DNA of 64,000 nt from positions 132,669 to 196,668 of the forward strand of contig CACCAS010000002.1 in assembly GCA_902544065.1 (NCBI GenBank), written 5' to 3'. Position numbers and translations under genes: made by a program. Shown piece after piece: positions 29,973 through 40,334 of this stretch. Each line of letters begins with the position of its first letter. The stretch's first letter is position 1. The DNA is from an uncultured Pelagibacteraceae bacterium (lineage in GTDB: Bacteria; Pseudomonadota; Alphaproteobacteria; Pelagibacterales; AG-422-B15). The notes below the pieces were generated by a model. It ran no database searches, had not been told where the DNA came from, and worked only from the letters and a program-made list of their open reading frames with translations.

Positions 29973-30362
29973 ATGCTTTTAACATTTTATAAAGAGGCCG
30001 TAGAGTGCGGTTTTCCTTCTCCAGCAAGGGATTTTACTGAAGGGACAATTGATTTGAATGAAGAACTTATTCCTCATCCAAATGCAACTTTTATTGTTCG
30101 TGCGCGAGGAGACTCAATGGTGGGTTCGGGGATTTATCCTGGAGATTTACTGATTGTTGACCGAAGCATTAAGCCTCGAAATGAGTCAATTATTATCGCT
30201 GTCCTGGACGGAGAGTTAAGTGTAAAGATTCTCAGATTTAAGAACAAGCAAGTCAATTTATCATCTTCTAATAAGAACTATAAAGATGTCTTAGTCTCTC
30301 AAGAAATGGATTTTACCATATGGGGAGTATGTACGAACGTTATTCACAATTTAAGTCCATAA
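29973..30362 (+). CDS. umuD: DNA polymerase V subunit UmuD
   Basis: CGFPSPA cleavage site, catalytic Ser in GDSM, Lys in SVK, WGV. Confidence 0.92.
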   Translation: MLLTFYKEAVECGFPSPARDFTEGTIDLNEELIPHPNATFIVRARGDSMVGSGIYPGDLLIVDRSIKPRNESIIIAVLDGELSVKILRFKNKQVNLSSSNKNYKDVLVSQEMDFTIWGVCTNVIHNLSP

Positions 30363-30374
30363 AATAGATAAAGT

Positions 30375-31637
30375 ATGAATAATAAAGTTTTCGCATTAAT
30401 TGATTGCAACGCATTTTATGTTTCTTGTGAGAGGGTTTTTAATCCCAAGCTTAACAATAGACCAGTTGTAGCATTATCCAATAATGATGGGTGTATTATA
30501 TCTCGTTCAAAAGAAGCAAAAGCACTTGGTATCAAAATGGGTGTACCACTCTTCAAAGTCAAAGATATTGTAGAAAAGGAAAATGTATTTGTTTTCTCCT
30601 CTAATTATACATTGTACGCCGATATGTCGCGCCGTGTAATGAATATCATTTCATATTCATCTCCTCACACAGAGATTTATTCAATTGATGAAGCGTTTGT
30701 AGAGTTAAGTAGTCTATCTATTGATTACGAAGAATATGCACATCAGTTGAGAAAGACTATTTTACAGCATACAGGTATCCCAGTTAGCATAGGCATAGCG
30801 TCAACAAAAACTCTATCAAAAGTTGCGAACCATAAGGCAAAAAAAAATGAGTCTTTAAATGGTGTTTGCTCTCTAGTAGGCCATGAAAATATTGACCAAG
30901 TATTAGAGTCAACTGAAGTAGGTGATATTTGGGGCGTAGGTCGACGTTTATCGAAGAAACTTATTAATCACGGCATATACAATGCGAAGTTATTAAAGAA
31001 CTGTAGTGACTCATGGATACGTAAAGCAATGAGTGTCAATGGCTTAAAAACAATTACAGAACTGAGAGGAATTTCTTGCATGTCTATTGAAGAAAACTCA
31101 ATTACAAGAAAGAGCTGTTGTACTACCAGATCATTTGGAAAGTTGCTAACCAATTTAGAAGATGTTGAACAAGCTGTCACTACCTTCGCGCGGAGGGCAA
31201 CAGAAAGAATTCGTTCTGAAAGCCTTGCCGCATCTTGTATTTCTGTTTTTTTAAGGACCAATCCTTTTGATAAGAAAAGTCCTTATTACTCAAATGGTGC
31301 GTCTAGAACACTGCCTTACCCAACACATGATAGCATCACTATTATTGAGACTGCTTTGACTCTCACGAAGAAAATTTTCAAAAATAAATACCAGTATAAA
31401 AAAGCGGGCGTACTACTTAGTGGCTTGTGTGATAAGTCTGAAATTCAGGAGACTTTATTTGAAAAAAACTACAATCAAAATTCAAATCTTATGTCAACAA
31501 TAGATTCAATTAATTATCGATATGGACGTGATACCATTCAAATGGCATCAGAGTGTAGACTTGGAAGCTGGAAACAAAAAAGAAAAAATTGTACACAAAA
31601 TTATACAACTCAAATTGATAGACTTCTATTAGTTTAG
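30375..31637 (+). CDS. umuC: DNA polymerase V subunit UmuC (Y family)
   Basis: ALIDCNAFYVSCERVF, SNNDGC, SSNYTLYADMS, YSIDEAF, YKKAGV. Confidence 0.95.
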   Translation: MNNKVFALIDCNAFYVSCERVFNPKLNNRPVVALSNNDGCIISRSKEAKALGIKMGVPLFKVKDIVEKENVFVFSSNYTLYADMSRRVMNIISYSSPHTEIYSIDEAFVELSSLSIDYEEYAHQLRKTILQHTGIPVSIGIASTKTLSKVANHKAKKNESLNGVCSLVGHENIDQVLESTEVGDIWGVGRRLSKKLINHGIYNAKLLKNCSDSWIRKAMSVNGLKTITELRGISCMSIEENSITRKSCCTTRSFGKLLTNLEDVEQAVTTFARRATERIRSESLAASCISVFLRTNPFDKKSPYYSNGASRTLPYPTHDSITIIETALTLTKKIFKNKYQYKKAGVLLSGLCDKSEIQETLFEKNYNQNSNLMSTIDSINYRYGRDTIQMASECRLGSWKQKRKNCTQNYTTQIDRLLLV

Positions 31638-32570
31638 TTTTTTGGATAGAAAATCTGAAAATAAATCTATCAGTTTATTTACAATTACACCACCGCCGCC
31701 ATGGCCACCAGTAAAGACAAAAGTATCTGCATCAGGAATTAACTTTAATACTTCATTAACAGTTTTAGGATCAATTTCATCATCATCACTTGCATATGCT
31801 ATATGGATAGGAATATTTGACTCTGAAAATATTTTATAGTCTGGAAGAAAATCTTTATTGGCTATATTACGAATGGAAGAGAGCAGAGAATATTCTGTGC
31901 CTGGCAAAGACAATTGTGTAATATATCGGTTAATAAATTCTTCTTGCCCTTCGTTTTCATGAGCCCATTGTTCAGCTCTATTTTTTGCAAATGGAATACC
32001 AAAAGTTCTAAGAAATAAATTTCCTACAACAGGAACTTTTATTAAACCAAGCACCTTACTGTCGCTGTGAACAAGAGGAACTTGGAGACCTATCGCTAAA
32101 ATTCTTTCAAAGTAATTATTAGAAAAATTGATTGCAATTGGAGCCCCCATCGAAGATCCATATAAAATTGCATCTCTTATATCGAGAAAATCAAGAAGCT
32201 CCCTGAGTTGTTCGGTATAGAGCTGCATATTATAGTTTGTTATAGGCCTGTCTGAATACCCTCTTCCGTATTGATCATAACAGATTACCCTATATCCCTT
32301 AGCGCTTAACCCACTGCAAAAACCAATGAAACCTTCAGAAGGTAAAGTTGCTCCATGAATAACTATTATTGCCGGATCATCTTTTTTGCCAAAATCCTTA
32401 TATGCAGTTAGGCCATGAGACAATTTAGCAAATTCGTACTCTGAGCCTTGACGATATTCATCTAAATTACCCTTCTCGAAGCTGGAGAATAGATAAATTA
32501 AAAGTATTAGGATTAAAAATGCGAGAATAATTAAAACAGTATTGGAGAATATACCTGAGAAAATAGTCAT
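31629..32570 (-). CDS. Membrane-anchored alpha/beta hydrolase
   Basis: N-terminal TM, IHG, YDQYGRGYSD, GSSMG nucleophile elbow, C-terminal GGH. Confidence 0.82.
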   Translation of the reverse strand: MTIFSGIFSNTVLIILAFLILILLIYLFSSFEKGNLDEYRQGSEYEFAKLSHGLTAYKDFGKKDDPAIIVIHGATLPSEGFIGFCSGLSAKGYRVICYDQYGRGYSDRPITNYNMQLYTEQLRELLDFLDIRDAILYGSSMGAPIAINFSNNYFERILAIGLQVPLVHSDSKVLGLIKVPVVGNLFLRTFGIPFAKNRAEQWAHENEGQEEFINRYITQLSLPGTEYSLLSSIRNIANKDFLPDYKIFSESNIPIHIAYASDDDEIDPKTVNEVLKLIPDADTFVFTGGHGGGGVIVNKLIDLFSDFLSKKLN

Positions 32571-32664
32571 TTTTTAAGACTATAGTCATTTAAAAAATAA
32601 AATCAAAGTTGAACGATGACTACTCATTTGCTAGCATAAACCCTATTAAATTGGGAGAAATATA

Positions 32665-33879
32665 ATGAAAAAAATAATATTCAGTTTCTTAGGGGTAATC
32701 TTAGCCTTAGGAATATTTTATGGTTGTGACAGACAGTCAGAACAGGCTTCAACAGACGAAATAAAAATAGGAGTAATTCTCGGTTTTACAGGACCTATTG
32801 AATCCTTAACTCCGACTATGGCTAGTTCAGCAGAACTTGCAATGAAAGAAGTAAGTGACTCAGGACTTCTACTGGGTGGAGCAAGTGTCAGTTCAGTGCG
32901 CGCTGACTCTACTTGTGTAGACGCAGGTGCAGCTACTTCTGCAGCTGAAAGATTGGTTACTTCAGATAATGTTGCAGCAATAATGGGTGCGGATTGTTCA
33001 GGTGTGACTACGGCAATTGCAAATAATGTTGCAGTACCAAATGGGGTTACGATAATTTCTCCGTCAGCAACTTCACCAGCTTTAACAGACATAGATGATA
33101 AGGGTTATTTCTTTAGAACAGCTCCTTCAGACGCAAGACAAGGACAAGTTTTAGCACAGGTTGTTATGGATAGAGGAATAAGTGAATTAGCGGTTACTTA
33201 TACTAATAATGACTATGGAAAAGGTTTATCAGATAGTTTTGTAAATGCATATAAAGCTATGGGAGGATCTGTAACAGCTGAGGTTCCTCATGAAGATGGA
33301 AAGGGAGATTACTCTGCTGAAGTTTCAACTCTTTCTGCATCAGGTGCAAAAGAGGTTGCTGTCTTAGGCTACGTCGACCAAGGTGGTAGAGGTATTATTC
33401 AAAGCTCAATGGAGACAGGTGCTTTCTCAAGATTTATCCTTGCAGATGGAATGATTGGAGACAGTCTCATAGAGAATGTTGATGGTGACCTCACAGGCAC
33501 ATTTGGTACATTGCCGGGTTCAGAGTCTGAAGGTGCAAATATGTTTAAAGCAATGGCATCTTTAAATGGAATCCCAGGAGATGGACCTTTCGAACCTGAG
33601 TCCTATGATGCAGCTGCATTAATCATGCTAGCAATACAGGCTGGAAATTCTGCAGATAGATCATCAATTGCGCAGAATGTAATGGGAGTAGCCAACGCTC
33701 CAGGAACTGAAATTTTTCCTGGTGAATTAGGTAAAGCTCTTGAAATTCTTAAGGATGGCGGTGAAGTCAATTATCAAGGCGCAACAAATGTTGAGTTTTC
33801 TGATGTTGGAGAGGCCTCTGGATCTTATAAAGAGTTAGAAATAGGAAATGGAGAATTCAATACCATTCAAGTTCGATAA
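32665..33879 (+). CDS. Branched-chain amino acid (Liv/HAAT)-type ABC substrate-binding protein, predicted lipoprotein
   Basis: Lipobox FYGC, IGVILGFTGP, SPSATSP, FFRTAPSD, NDYGKG, YDA; GGGAG SD. Confidence 0.88.
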   Translation: MKKIIFSFLGVILALGIFYGCDRQSEQASTDEIKIGVILGFTGPIESLTPTMASSAELAMKEVSDSGLLLGGASVSSVRADSTCVDAGAATSAAERLVTSDNVAAIMGADCSGVTTAIANNVAVPNGVTIISPSATSPALTDIDDKGYFFRTAPSDARQGQVLAQVVMDRGISELAVTYTNNDYGKGLSDSFVNAYKAMGGSVTAEVPHEDGKGDYSAEVSTLSASGAKEVAVLGYVDQGGRGIIQSSMETGAFSRFILADGMIGDSLIENVDGDLTGTFGTLPGSESEGANMFKAMASLNGIPGDGPFEPESYDAAALIMLAIQAGNSADRSSIAQNVMGVANAPGTEIFPGELGKALEILKDGGEVNYQGATNVEFSDVGEASGSYKELEIGNGEFNTIQVR

Positions 33880-33898
33880 TTTCTTACCATTTTAATTT

Positions 33899-33930
33899 AA
33901 TAGGGGCCTTCTTTGGCCCCTATTTTTTTT
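33899..33930 (+). terminator. Intrinsic terminator after the substrate-binding protein gene
   Basis: AATAGGGGCC-TTCTTT-GGCCCCTATT followed by a T-run; overlaps the stop of the convergent permease. Confidence 0.85.
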
Positions 33931-35290
33931 GTATTCTTTCAGGAATGACACCTCTTGGCATAAACCTAAGTGCGAGTAAAAGTAAAAGACCCATGATAAA
34001 TAAACGAAGATGAGCTGCGCTTCCTAGTAGGTGCATTCTTATTGGATTGTCATATTCGAAGCCGCTTGCTAGAAGATTCATAAATCCAATTGATAAAGGT
34101 TCTGCCTCAATCCAAATAAACCAAACAAAAAATCCACCAAATATTGATCCCAAATTATTCCCTGACCCCCCAACTATAACCATGAGCCAGATAATAAATG
34201 TAAATCTTAAAGGCCTATAAGATCCTGGAGTAAATTGACCGTCAAGTGTTGTAAGCATCGCTCCTGCAATTCCAATTATGGCTGAACCAATCATGAATAT
34301 TTGTAAATGTTGTGCAAAAATATTTTTACCCATTGCGCTTGCAGCTTCTTCATTGTCTCGGATCGCTCTTAACATTCTTCCCCATGGAGAGTTAAGCGCA
34401 AGATGACTTAGATAAAAAATTAATAAGAGAACTGATAAGAATAGACCTGCATAACATAATTTTACAAATACTCCCGAACTAACAATAATTAAATCATTGA
34501 GCAGATCTTGCCTTGATGAAACAGTTTGTAAACTATCCAGAGTTCCATAATTTATTCTTTCTACAAGATTGATGAACCATTCTGATTGTTGAAGCTCTAT
34601 TTCATAAGGAACAGGTCGATCGAGTCCAGAAACATTCTTAACACCTCTTGATAGCCAATCTTCATGTTTAACAATTGCTATCACAATTTCAGATATACCT
34701 AATGTGGCTATTGCAAGATAGTCTGATCTAAGTCTTAAAGTTAGTCTTCCAATTACCCATGCAACTAATCCTGCTACAAATGCAGCAATGACCCATGAAA
34801 AAACAATTGGTAGACCTAATCCTCCTAAAAAACCTGTCCTAGCAGGATTTATTGACTCAATAATATCAATAGATGGTCCATAGAAATTGTTTATTCCAAG
34901 AATGGCAACAATTATAATCAGAATAATTGATGTATTTCTAAATTGGGGGCTAGATATATTTCTGTAAGCGAACAAAATCAAAGTGATACTTACAATTAGA
35001 ACAATTGCACTGATCAAAATACCTATGCCGGCTTTATCCCATGCTTCATAAACTGGATCATAAGAAACTAGTACTGCGGTAAGTCCTCCTAAAGCAGTAA
35101 AACCCATTACTCCAGCATTAAAAAGTCCTCCATATCCCCACTGCAAATTTACTCCAATAGCCATTATTGAAGAAATGAGACATAAATTGATTATACTCAG
35201 TGATACAGACCACGATTGAGTAAAGCCAACTAAAGCCAGCAGTATCCCCATAAAAGTAAATGCAAGAGGTGCTCTTAAATTATCTGTCAT
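33920..35290 (-). CDS. livM: Liv-type ABC permease (LivM-like)
   Basis: NLQWGYGGLFN.G, LRLRSDYLAIATLG, SPWGRMLRAIRDNE, IVGGSGN. Confidence 0.85.
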   Translation of the reverse strand: MTDNLRAPLAFTFMGILLALVGFTQSWSVSLSIINLCLISSIMAIGVNLQWGYGGLFNAGVMGFTALGGLTAVLVSYDPVYEAWDKAGIGILISAIVLIVSITLILFAYRNISSPQFRNTSIILIIIVAILGINNFYGPSIDIIESINPARTGFLGGLGLPIVFSWVIAAFVAGLVAWVIGRLTLRLRSDYLAIATLGISEIVIAIVKHEDWLSRGVKNVSGLDRPVPYEIELQQSEWFINLVERINYGTLDSLQTVSSRQDLLNDLIIVSSGVFVKLCYAGLFLSVLLLIFYLSHLALNSPWGRMLRAIRDNEEAASAMGKNIFAQHLQIFMIGSAIIGIAGAMLTTLDGQFTPGSYRPLRFTFIIWLMVIVGGSGNNLGSIFGGFFVWFIWIEAEPLSIGFMNLLASGFEYDNPIRMHLLGSAAHLRLFIMGLLLLLALRFMPRGVIPERIQKK

Positions 35291-36306
35291 ATAATTTTAC
35301 CTCTTACAATTCCTGTTGGACGAACAATCAATACAATCACTAAGATAATGAATGATATTGCAAATTTGTAATCTGTGGAGAGTACCTGCATTAAACCTGA
35401 CGGTTCTAAACTTTCTGGTAATAAGTAAATGAAGAACTTTTTATATGCATAGGTTAATGTAATTTCAGAAAAAGCTATGACATATCCACCAATAACAGCA
35501 CCAATAGGAGATCCTATACCACCAACAATTGCCGCAGCAAACATTGGTAGTAATAAATTAAAATATGTAAATGGCTTGAAGCTTTTATCGAGTCCATAAA
35601 GAACACCTGCAGTTGTAATAAGTGCTGATGCAATAACCCAAGTAATTAAAACTACTCTTTCAGGATTTATTCCAGATAATAATGCGAGGTCCTCGTTATT
35701 TGAATAGGCTCGCATTGATTTCCCCATTTTGGTTCGCTGAAGGAAATAAAATAAACTCACCATCGCGATGATAGCTACTATAAAGGTAATTAGCTGAGTG
35801 GATTTAATTGTAAGTCCTTCAGATAGTCCAAAGTAATCTTTGAAATCAAGAGCATGGATAATGAATTTTTCTCCATCAAAAAATTTTCTATCATTCGGAC
35901 CAATTACAAATCTTACAATCGCCTGTAAAATAAACATAACTCCCACTGATACTATCATTAGAACAATTGGTGGACTTTTTTTCTTTCTATAGAAGCTATA
36001 AACAGATCTATCTATTAAGAGACAAAAGAGTGCGGTTATTATAATTGCAAATGGTAGCGCTATTAGTGCAGTTGGTAAGAAGCCACCTGTTATTCCTAAA
36101 CTCTGTAAATACCACGTGAATAATATTGTTGTCATTGTTCCAAACGACATCCAGTCAGCTTGAGCAAAATTGGAAAATCTTAATACGCCATATATTATTG
36201 TTAAGCTGAGAGTAGCTAAGGCAAGTTGGCTACCATAAGATAGAGCGGGGATAAGGACAAAATTTGATATAAGGACCAATGCATTTATTAATTCAAAATT
36301 ATCCAT
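35287..36306 (-). CDS. livH: Liv-type ABC permease (LivH-like)
   Basis: IIYGVLRFSNFA, TKMGKSMRA, LSGINP, FAAAIVGGIG. Confidence 0.85.
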   Translation of the reverse strand: MDNFELINALVLISNFVLIPALSYGSQLALATLSLTIIYGVLRFSNFAQADWMSFGTMTTILFTWYLQSLGITGGFLPTALIALPFAIIITALFCLLIDRSVYSFYRKKKSPPIVLMIVSVGVMFILQAIVRFVIGPNDRKFFDGEKFIIHALDFKDYFGLSEGLTIKSTQLITFIVAIIAMVSLFYFLQRTKMGKSMRAYSNNEDLALLSGINPERVVLITWVIASALITTAGVLYGLDKSFKPFTYFNLLLPMFAAAIVGGIGSPIGAVIGGYVIAFSEITLTYAYKKFFIYLLPESLEPSGLMQVLSTDYKFAISFIILVIVLIVRPTGIVRGKII

Positions 36307-36307
36307 A

Positions 36308-37015
36308 TCAACCTCCTAAAAAACTCTTTCTTACTTCAGGATCAGTTAATAATTCATTCCCTTTACCATAAAATCTATTTTCGCCATTTACCAGAACATG
36401 ACCAAAATCTGCTATTTTTAGTGCTTGCTTAGCATTTTGCTCAACAATGACTACCGCGACACCCGTTTCTTTTATTTGGATAATACGATCAAAAATTTCA
36501 TCCATTACAATTGGAGACACGCCTGCTGTCGGCTCATCTAGCATCAATACTTTAGGTTGAGTCATTAATGCCCGACTAACAGCAACTTGTTGCCTTTGAC
36601 CACCAGAAAGTTCTCCTGCAAGTTGACTACGTTTTTCTTTCATTGCTGGAAATAATTCGTATATCTCATCAATTGTCTTTTGTATGTTTCCATCTCTTAA
36701 AAATCCGCCCATCTCTAAATTTTCTTCTACAGTCAGTTCACTAAAGATATTCATCGATTGGGGAACAAAAGCAATTCCTGCTGCAACTCTTTTTTGAGGT
36801 GAGAGATTTGAAATATCGTTTCCATCAAGGATTATATCCCCTCTCTTGAGATCTATCATGCCTAACATTGCTTTCATGGCAGTAGATTTGCCAGCACCAT
36901 TTGGTCCCACAATAACGACTATTTCTTTTTCGTTGACTTCTATATTACAACTGTGGAGTATGTCCTCACCTCCATATCCACCGGTCATGTTAGTGCAACT
37001 TAAAAATTTGCTCAC
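36308..37015 (-). CDS. livF: Liv-type ABC ATPase (LivF-like)
   Basis: GPNGAGKST, LTVEENL, AGELSGGQRQ, MLDEPT. Confidence 0.88.
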   Translation of the reverse strand: MSKFLSCTNMTGGYGGEDILHSCNIEVNEKEIVVIVGPNGAGKSTAMKAMLGMIDLKRGDIILDGNDISNLSPQKRVAAGIAFVPQSMNIFSELTVEENLEMGGFLRDGNIQKTIDEIYELFPAMKEKRSQLAGELSGGQRQQVAVSRALMTQPKVLMLDEPTAGVSPIVMDEIFDRIIQIKETGVAVVIVEQNAKQALKIADFGHVLVNGENRFYGKGNELLTDPEVRKSFLGG

Positions 37016-37776
37016 TCTATTCGTCCTCGACCAAGATAGGCTTCTATAACTTTTTCATTTTTTTTGATATCATCTATTCCTCCTTCAACGAGAACAGATC
37101 CTTCCGTCATAACGATCACTTTATCACAAAGTTTAGACAAAAAGTTCATGTCATGTTCAATCATAAAAAAAGTATAATTTTTTTCACGATTTAATTTTTT
37201 TATTATATCTATTATATCATTTAAGAGAGTTCTATTTACACCCGCACCAACTTCATCGAGTAGTACAATTTTAGCATCGACCATCATTGTTCGACCTAAT
37301 TCTAATAATTTTTTTTGTCCGCCTGATAAATTACCTGCCAGTTCATAAGCTAAATGATCAAGTTTTAGAAAGTTTATTACCTCAAGAGCTTTTTCTTTTA
37401 TTTCTTTTTCTTCATTTTCAATTTTTTTTCTCTGAAACCATGTATTTAAAATTTTTTCACCTGTCTGCATTGCAGGAACCACCATCAAATTTTCAAGTAC
37501 AGTCATATTTGAAAATTCATGCGCCAATTGAAAGGTTCTTAATACACCTCTTTCAAATAGTTCGTGAGAAGGAAGGGATGTAATATCATGTTCTTCCAAC
37601 ATGACTTTACCCAGGGTTGGTTTGATATTGCCAGCTATGATGTTGAATAATGTTGTTTTTCCTGCGCCATTAGGTCCTATGAGACCAGTAATTTTTCCAG
37701 TCTCAATCTGCATAGTGGCTTTGTTAACAGCTTTGATACCCCCAAAATTTACTGAAACATCTTTTATATTTAACAT
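37012..37776 (-). CDS. livG: Liv-type ABC ATPase (LivG-like)
   Basis: FGGIKAV, GPNGAGKTT, RTFQ, IEHDM, VIEAYLG; ATG 37776 preferred over TTG 37815. Confidence 0.88.
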   Translation of the reverse strand: MLNIKDVSVNFGGIKAVNKATMQIETGKITGLIGPNGAGKTTLFNIIAGNIKPTLGKVMLEEHDITSLPSHELFERGVLRTFQLAHEFSNMTVLENLMVVPAMQTGEKILNTWFQRKKIENEEKEIKEKALEVINFLKLDHLAYELAGNLSGGQKKLLELGRTMMVDAKIVLLDEVGAGVNRTLLNDIIDIIKKLNREKNYTFFMIEHDMNFLSKLCDKVIVMTEGSVLVEGGIDDIKKNEKVIEAYLGRGRIE

Positions 37777-37780
37777 CTTT

Positions 37781-38680
37781 TTATCTGTTAGAAATATGAT
37801 TGAGATACAAAGCAAATAATATCATAGAGAGGGAAACTAGTACATTTACTCTTATGATTTCTCCCAGAAATATAACTCCAGAAAAATAAGCTATTAAAGG
37901 TACTAAAAAATTAATTAGTGACAAAAAGACGGGTCCTCTTGTTTCAATGACTTTAAAAAAAAGTAAACTGGCTATCGCTGTAGCAAATATACCTTGTATT
38001 AATAGTGATACGACTGTTGGTGAACTATAACTTTCTAGCCAGAAAGGCTGATAGAAAATTGAAAAGGGCAACATCAATAATGTTGCCGCTATTGTCACCC
38101 CAGTTGCAAGTGAAATAAAATTTATTTTTGGAACGAGTTTAGATATAACAGCATTTAATGCATAAGAACATGCACCAATTAATGCTGCAATTTGACTATA
38201 AAATTCAATTTTATTATCACCTCCAAGCTGATTCAAATTTTCAAAACCAAAAAGTATAAGTAGGCCAAGAAAAGCTGTAATAAAACTAATCAATTTAAGA
38301 AAATTAATTTTTTCATCTCTCAAAATAATTGCCGATAGCGCTAAGGTTATTAGTGGCATAGGAGACATGAGAACACCTGCTATTCCTGCATCAATATTAA
38401 TTTCCGCCGTTGAAATTAAAAAAAATGGTATTGCATTACCTAATGCTCCAATAACAAAATAAAAAAAAAGATAATTAATTCTTAATTGAAGCCTATTTCC
38501 TGTAAATCTCATATAGAAATAAAGTATTATTGATGCCAAAATTAATCTTAGGAAAACATTATTAACGGGGCTTATTTCTAAGACTGCAATTTTAATAAAC
38601 AGGAAGTTTACTCCCCAGATAAATGCTAATAAAAAAATGAATATATAGCTGATGACAATAGTTTGATTTAGTTGTTTCAT
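37781..38680 (-). CDS. DMT/EamA-family transporter
   Basis: IWGVNFLFIK, GNAIPF, about 10 TM segments, FLGE. Confidence 0.85.
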   Translation of the reverse strand: MKQLNQTIVISYIFIFLLAFIWGVNFLFIKIAVLEISPVNNVFLRLILASIILYFYMRFTGNRLQLRINYLFFYFVIGALGNAIPFFLISTAEINIDAGIAGVLMSPMPLITLALSAIILRDEKINFLKLISFITAFLGLLILFGFENLNQLGGDNKIEFYSQIAALIGACSYALNAVISKLVPKINFISLATGVTIAATLLMLPFSIFYQPFWLESYSSPTVVSLLIQGIFATAIASLLFFKVIETRGPVFLSLINFLVPLIAYFSGVIFLGEIIRVNVLVSLSMILFALYLNHISNR

Positions 38681-38733
38681 TTGATGTTCGAGAAAGGTAT
38701 TATTTAAAACTTTTAAAGTAAATGAGTAAATAA

Positions 38734-39336
38734 ATGAGAGTATTCATACTAATACTAATTAGTTTTTTTATATTATTCAGCTGTGCAAGTAAGCCTCCTG
38801 CAAAACAAGAGAATATTTGCTCTATCTTTGAACAAAAATCCTCATGGTATCGATTGGCAAATAAATCATATGAAAAATGGGGTGCACCTATTCATGTTCA
38901 AATGTCAATTTTAAGACAAGAATCTGCATTTCAAAATAGAGTTAAGCCGGAGAGAACCAAGATTTTAGGTGTTATACCTTGGAAAAGAAAGTCTAGTGCA
39001 TTTGGTTACACTCAAGCAATTGATGCAACCTGGGATTGGTATAGAACAGAAAATAAGAAACCTTTAGCATCACGAGTTAATTTTGCAGATGCCATAGACT
39101 TTACTGGTTGGTATATAAATAAGTCTAATAAAATTAATGGGATAAGCAAAAGTGATGCCTATAGCCAATATTTGGCATACCATGAAGGACACGGTGGGTA
39201 CAAAAAAAAATCCTATAAAAATCAAAACTGGTTGATTGATGTTGCCAATAAAGTCAAACTTCGATCTGACAAGTATAGAAGTCAGCTCAACGAGTGCGAA
39301 CACAAATTTAAGAAAAAGTTTCTTGGAATTTTTTAA
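38734..39336 (+). CDS. Transglycosylase SLT-like lipoprotein
   Basis: Lipobox LFSC, RQESAF catalytic Glu motif, SSAFGYTQA, YLAYHEG. Confidence 0.78.
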   Translation: MRVFILILISFFILFSCASKPPAKQENICSIFEQKSSWYRLANKSYEKWGAPIHVQMSILRQESAFQNRVKPERTKILGVIPWKRKSSAFGYTQAIDATWDWYRTENKKPLASRVNFADAIDFTGWYINKSNKINGISKSDAYSQYLAYHEGHGGYKKKSYKNQNWLIDVANKVKLRSDKYRSQLNECEHKFKKKFLGIF

Positions 39337-40334
39337 TGAGTAAAAATAAAAATTTAATTGCGGTCACTATGGGGGACCCGTCAGGTATTAGTACAGAAAT
39401 AACTATCAAAGCTTGGATAAAAAAAAATAAAAACCTAAGATTTTTTTTAATTCATGACCCAGCGTATGTAAGTAAAATTATAAGAAAAATGAAAGCAGGT
39501 TTAAAAGTTCAAATAATTGATAATCCTGCAGAGGCTTTAAGTATAAATAAAAAATATTTACCGATTATTCCCATTAAGATTGATGCAAAGACCCAGCTCG
39601 GTAAAAGAAATTACAGTAATGCTGGTACAATATTACAGTCAATTGATATGGCCATAGATTTTGCAAAACAAAAAGTAATCTCTGGAATTGTTACAAACCC
39701 AATCAATAAAGAAGTAATTGCCAGAAAACTTAGGAGATTTAAAGGGCATACAGAATACCTTGCAAAAAAAGATAAAAAATCAAATGAAATGATGTTTTTG
39801 CTAAATAAGCAAATGAAAGTTACTCCAATTACAACACATGTTGCGTTAAAAGATGTTGCAAAAAAAATAAATAAAAAAAATATTACTAAATCGATCCTCA
39901 ATGTTAACCAAACATTAAAAAAAGACTTTGGAGTTCGTCAACCCAAAATTGCCGTTAGCGGTCTTAACCCTCATTCGGGTGATGGGGGTATTTTAGGAAA
40001 AGAAGAGATCATAAAAATAATTCCTGCAATAAATGCATGTAAGAAAAAAGGTATAAATGTTTCTGGGCCTTATCCCGCGGACTCATTGTTTAGAGATTCA
40101 AATATTAAGAAATTTGATTCATTCATCTGCATGTATCATGATCAGGCTTTAATTCCGATAAAGGTTATTGATTTTCATAACACCATTAATTATACAGCTG
40201 GACTGTCCTTTGTAAGAACCAGTCCTGACCATGGAACTGGATTGGATATAGCAAAAAAGTTTGTCGCTTCATGTGATAGTTTATTGGCAGCCATTGGAAT
40301 GGCAACAGCAATAGCCAAAAATAGAGGGTTATGA
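39336..40334 (+). CDS. pdxA: 4-hydroxythreonine-4-phosphate dehydrogenase
   Basis: TMGDPSGI, GHTEYLA, GLNPH, MYHDQ, RTSPDHGT. Confidence 0.92.
   Translation: MSKNKNLIAVTMGDPSGISTEITIKAWIKKNKNLRFFLIHDPAYVSKIIRKMKAGLKVQIIDNPAEALSINKKYLPIIPIKIDAKTQLGKRNYSNAGTILQSIDMAIDFAKQKVISGIVTNPINKEVIARKLRRFKGHTEYLAKKDKKSNEMMFLLNKQMKVTPITTHVALKDVAKKINKKNITKSILNVNQTLKKDFGVRQPKIAVSGLNPHSGDGGILGKEEIIKIIPAINACKKKGINVSGPYPADSLFRDSNIKKFDSFICMYHDQALIPIKVIDFHNTINYTAGLSFVRTSPDHGTGLDIAKKFVASCDSLLAAIGMATAIAKNRGL

Noticed and set aside
29973-31637. umuDC as a marker of an ICE or prophage
   Set aside because: No integrase, transfer or phage genes, att-like repeats or evident compositional break.
32616-32627. ATGACTACTCAT palindrome upstream of the Liv-type SBP
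   Set aside because: Only 4-bp arms; too weak in AT-rich DNA without a second matching copy.
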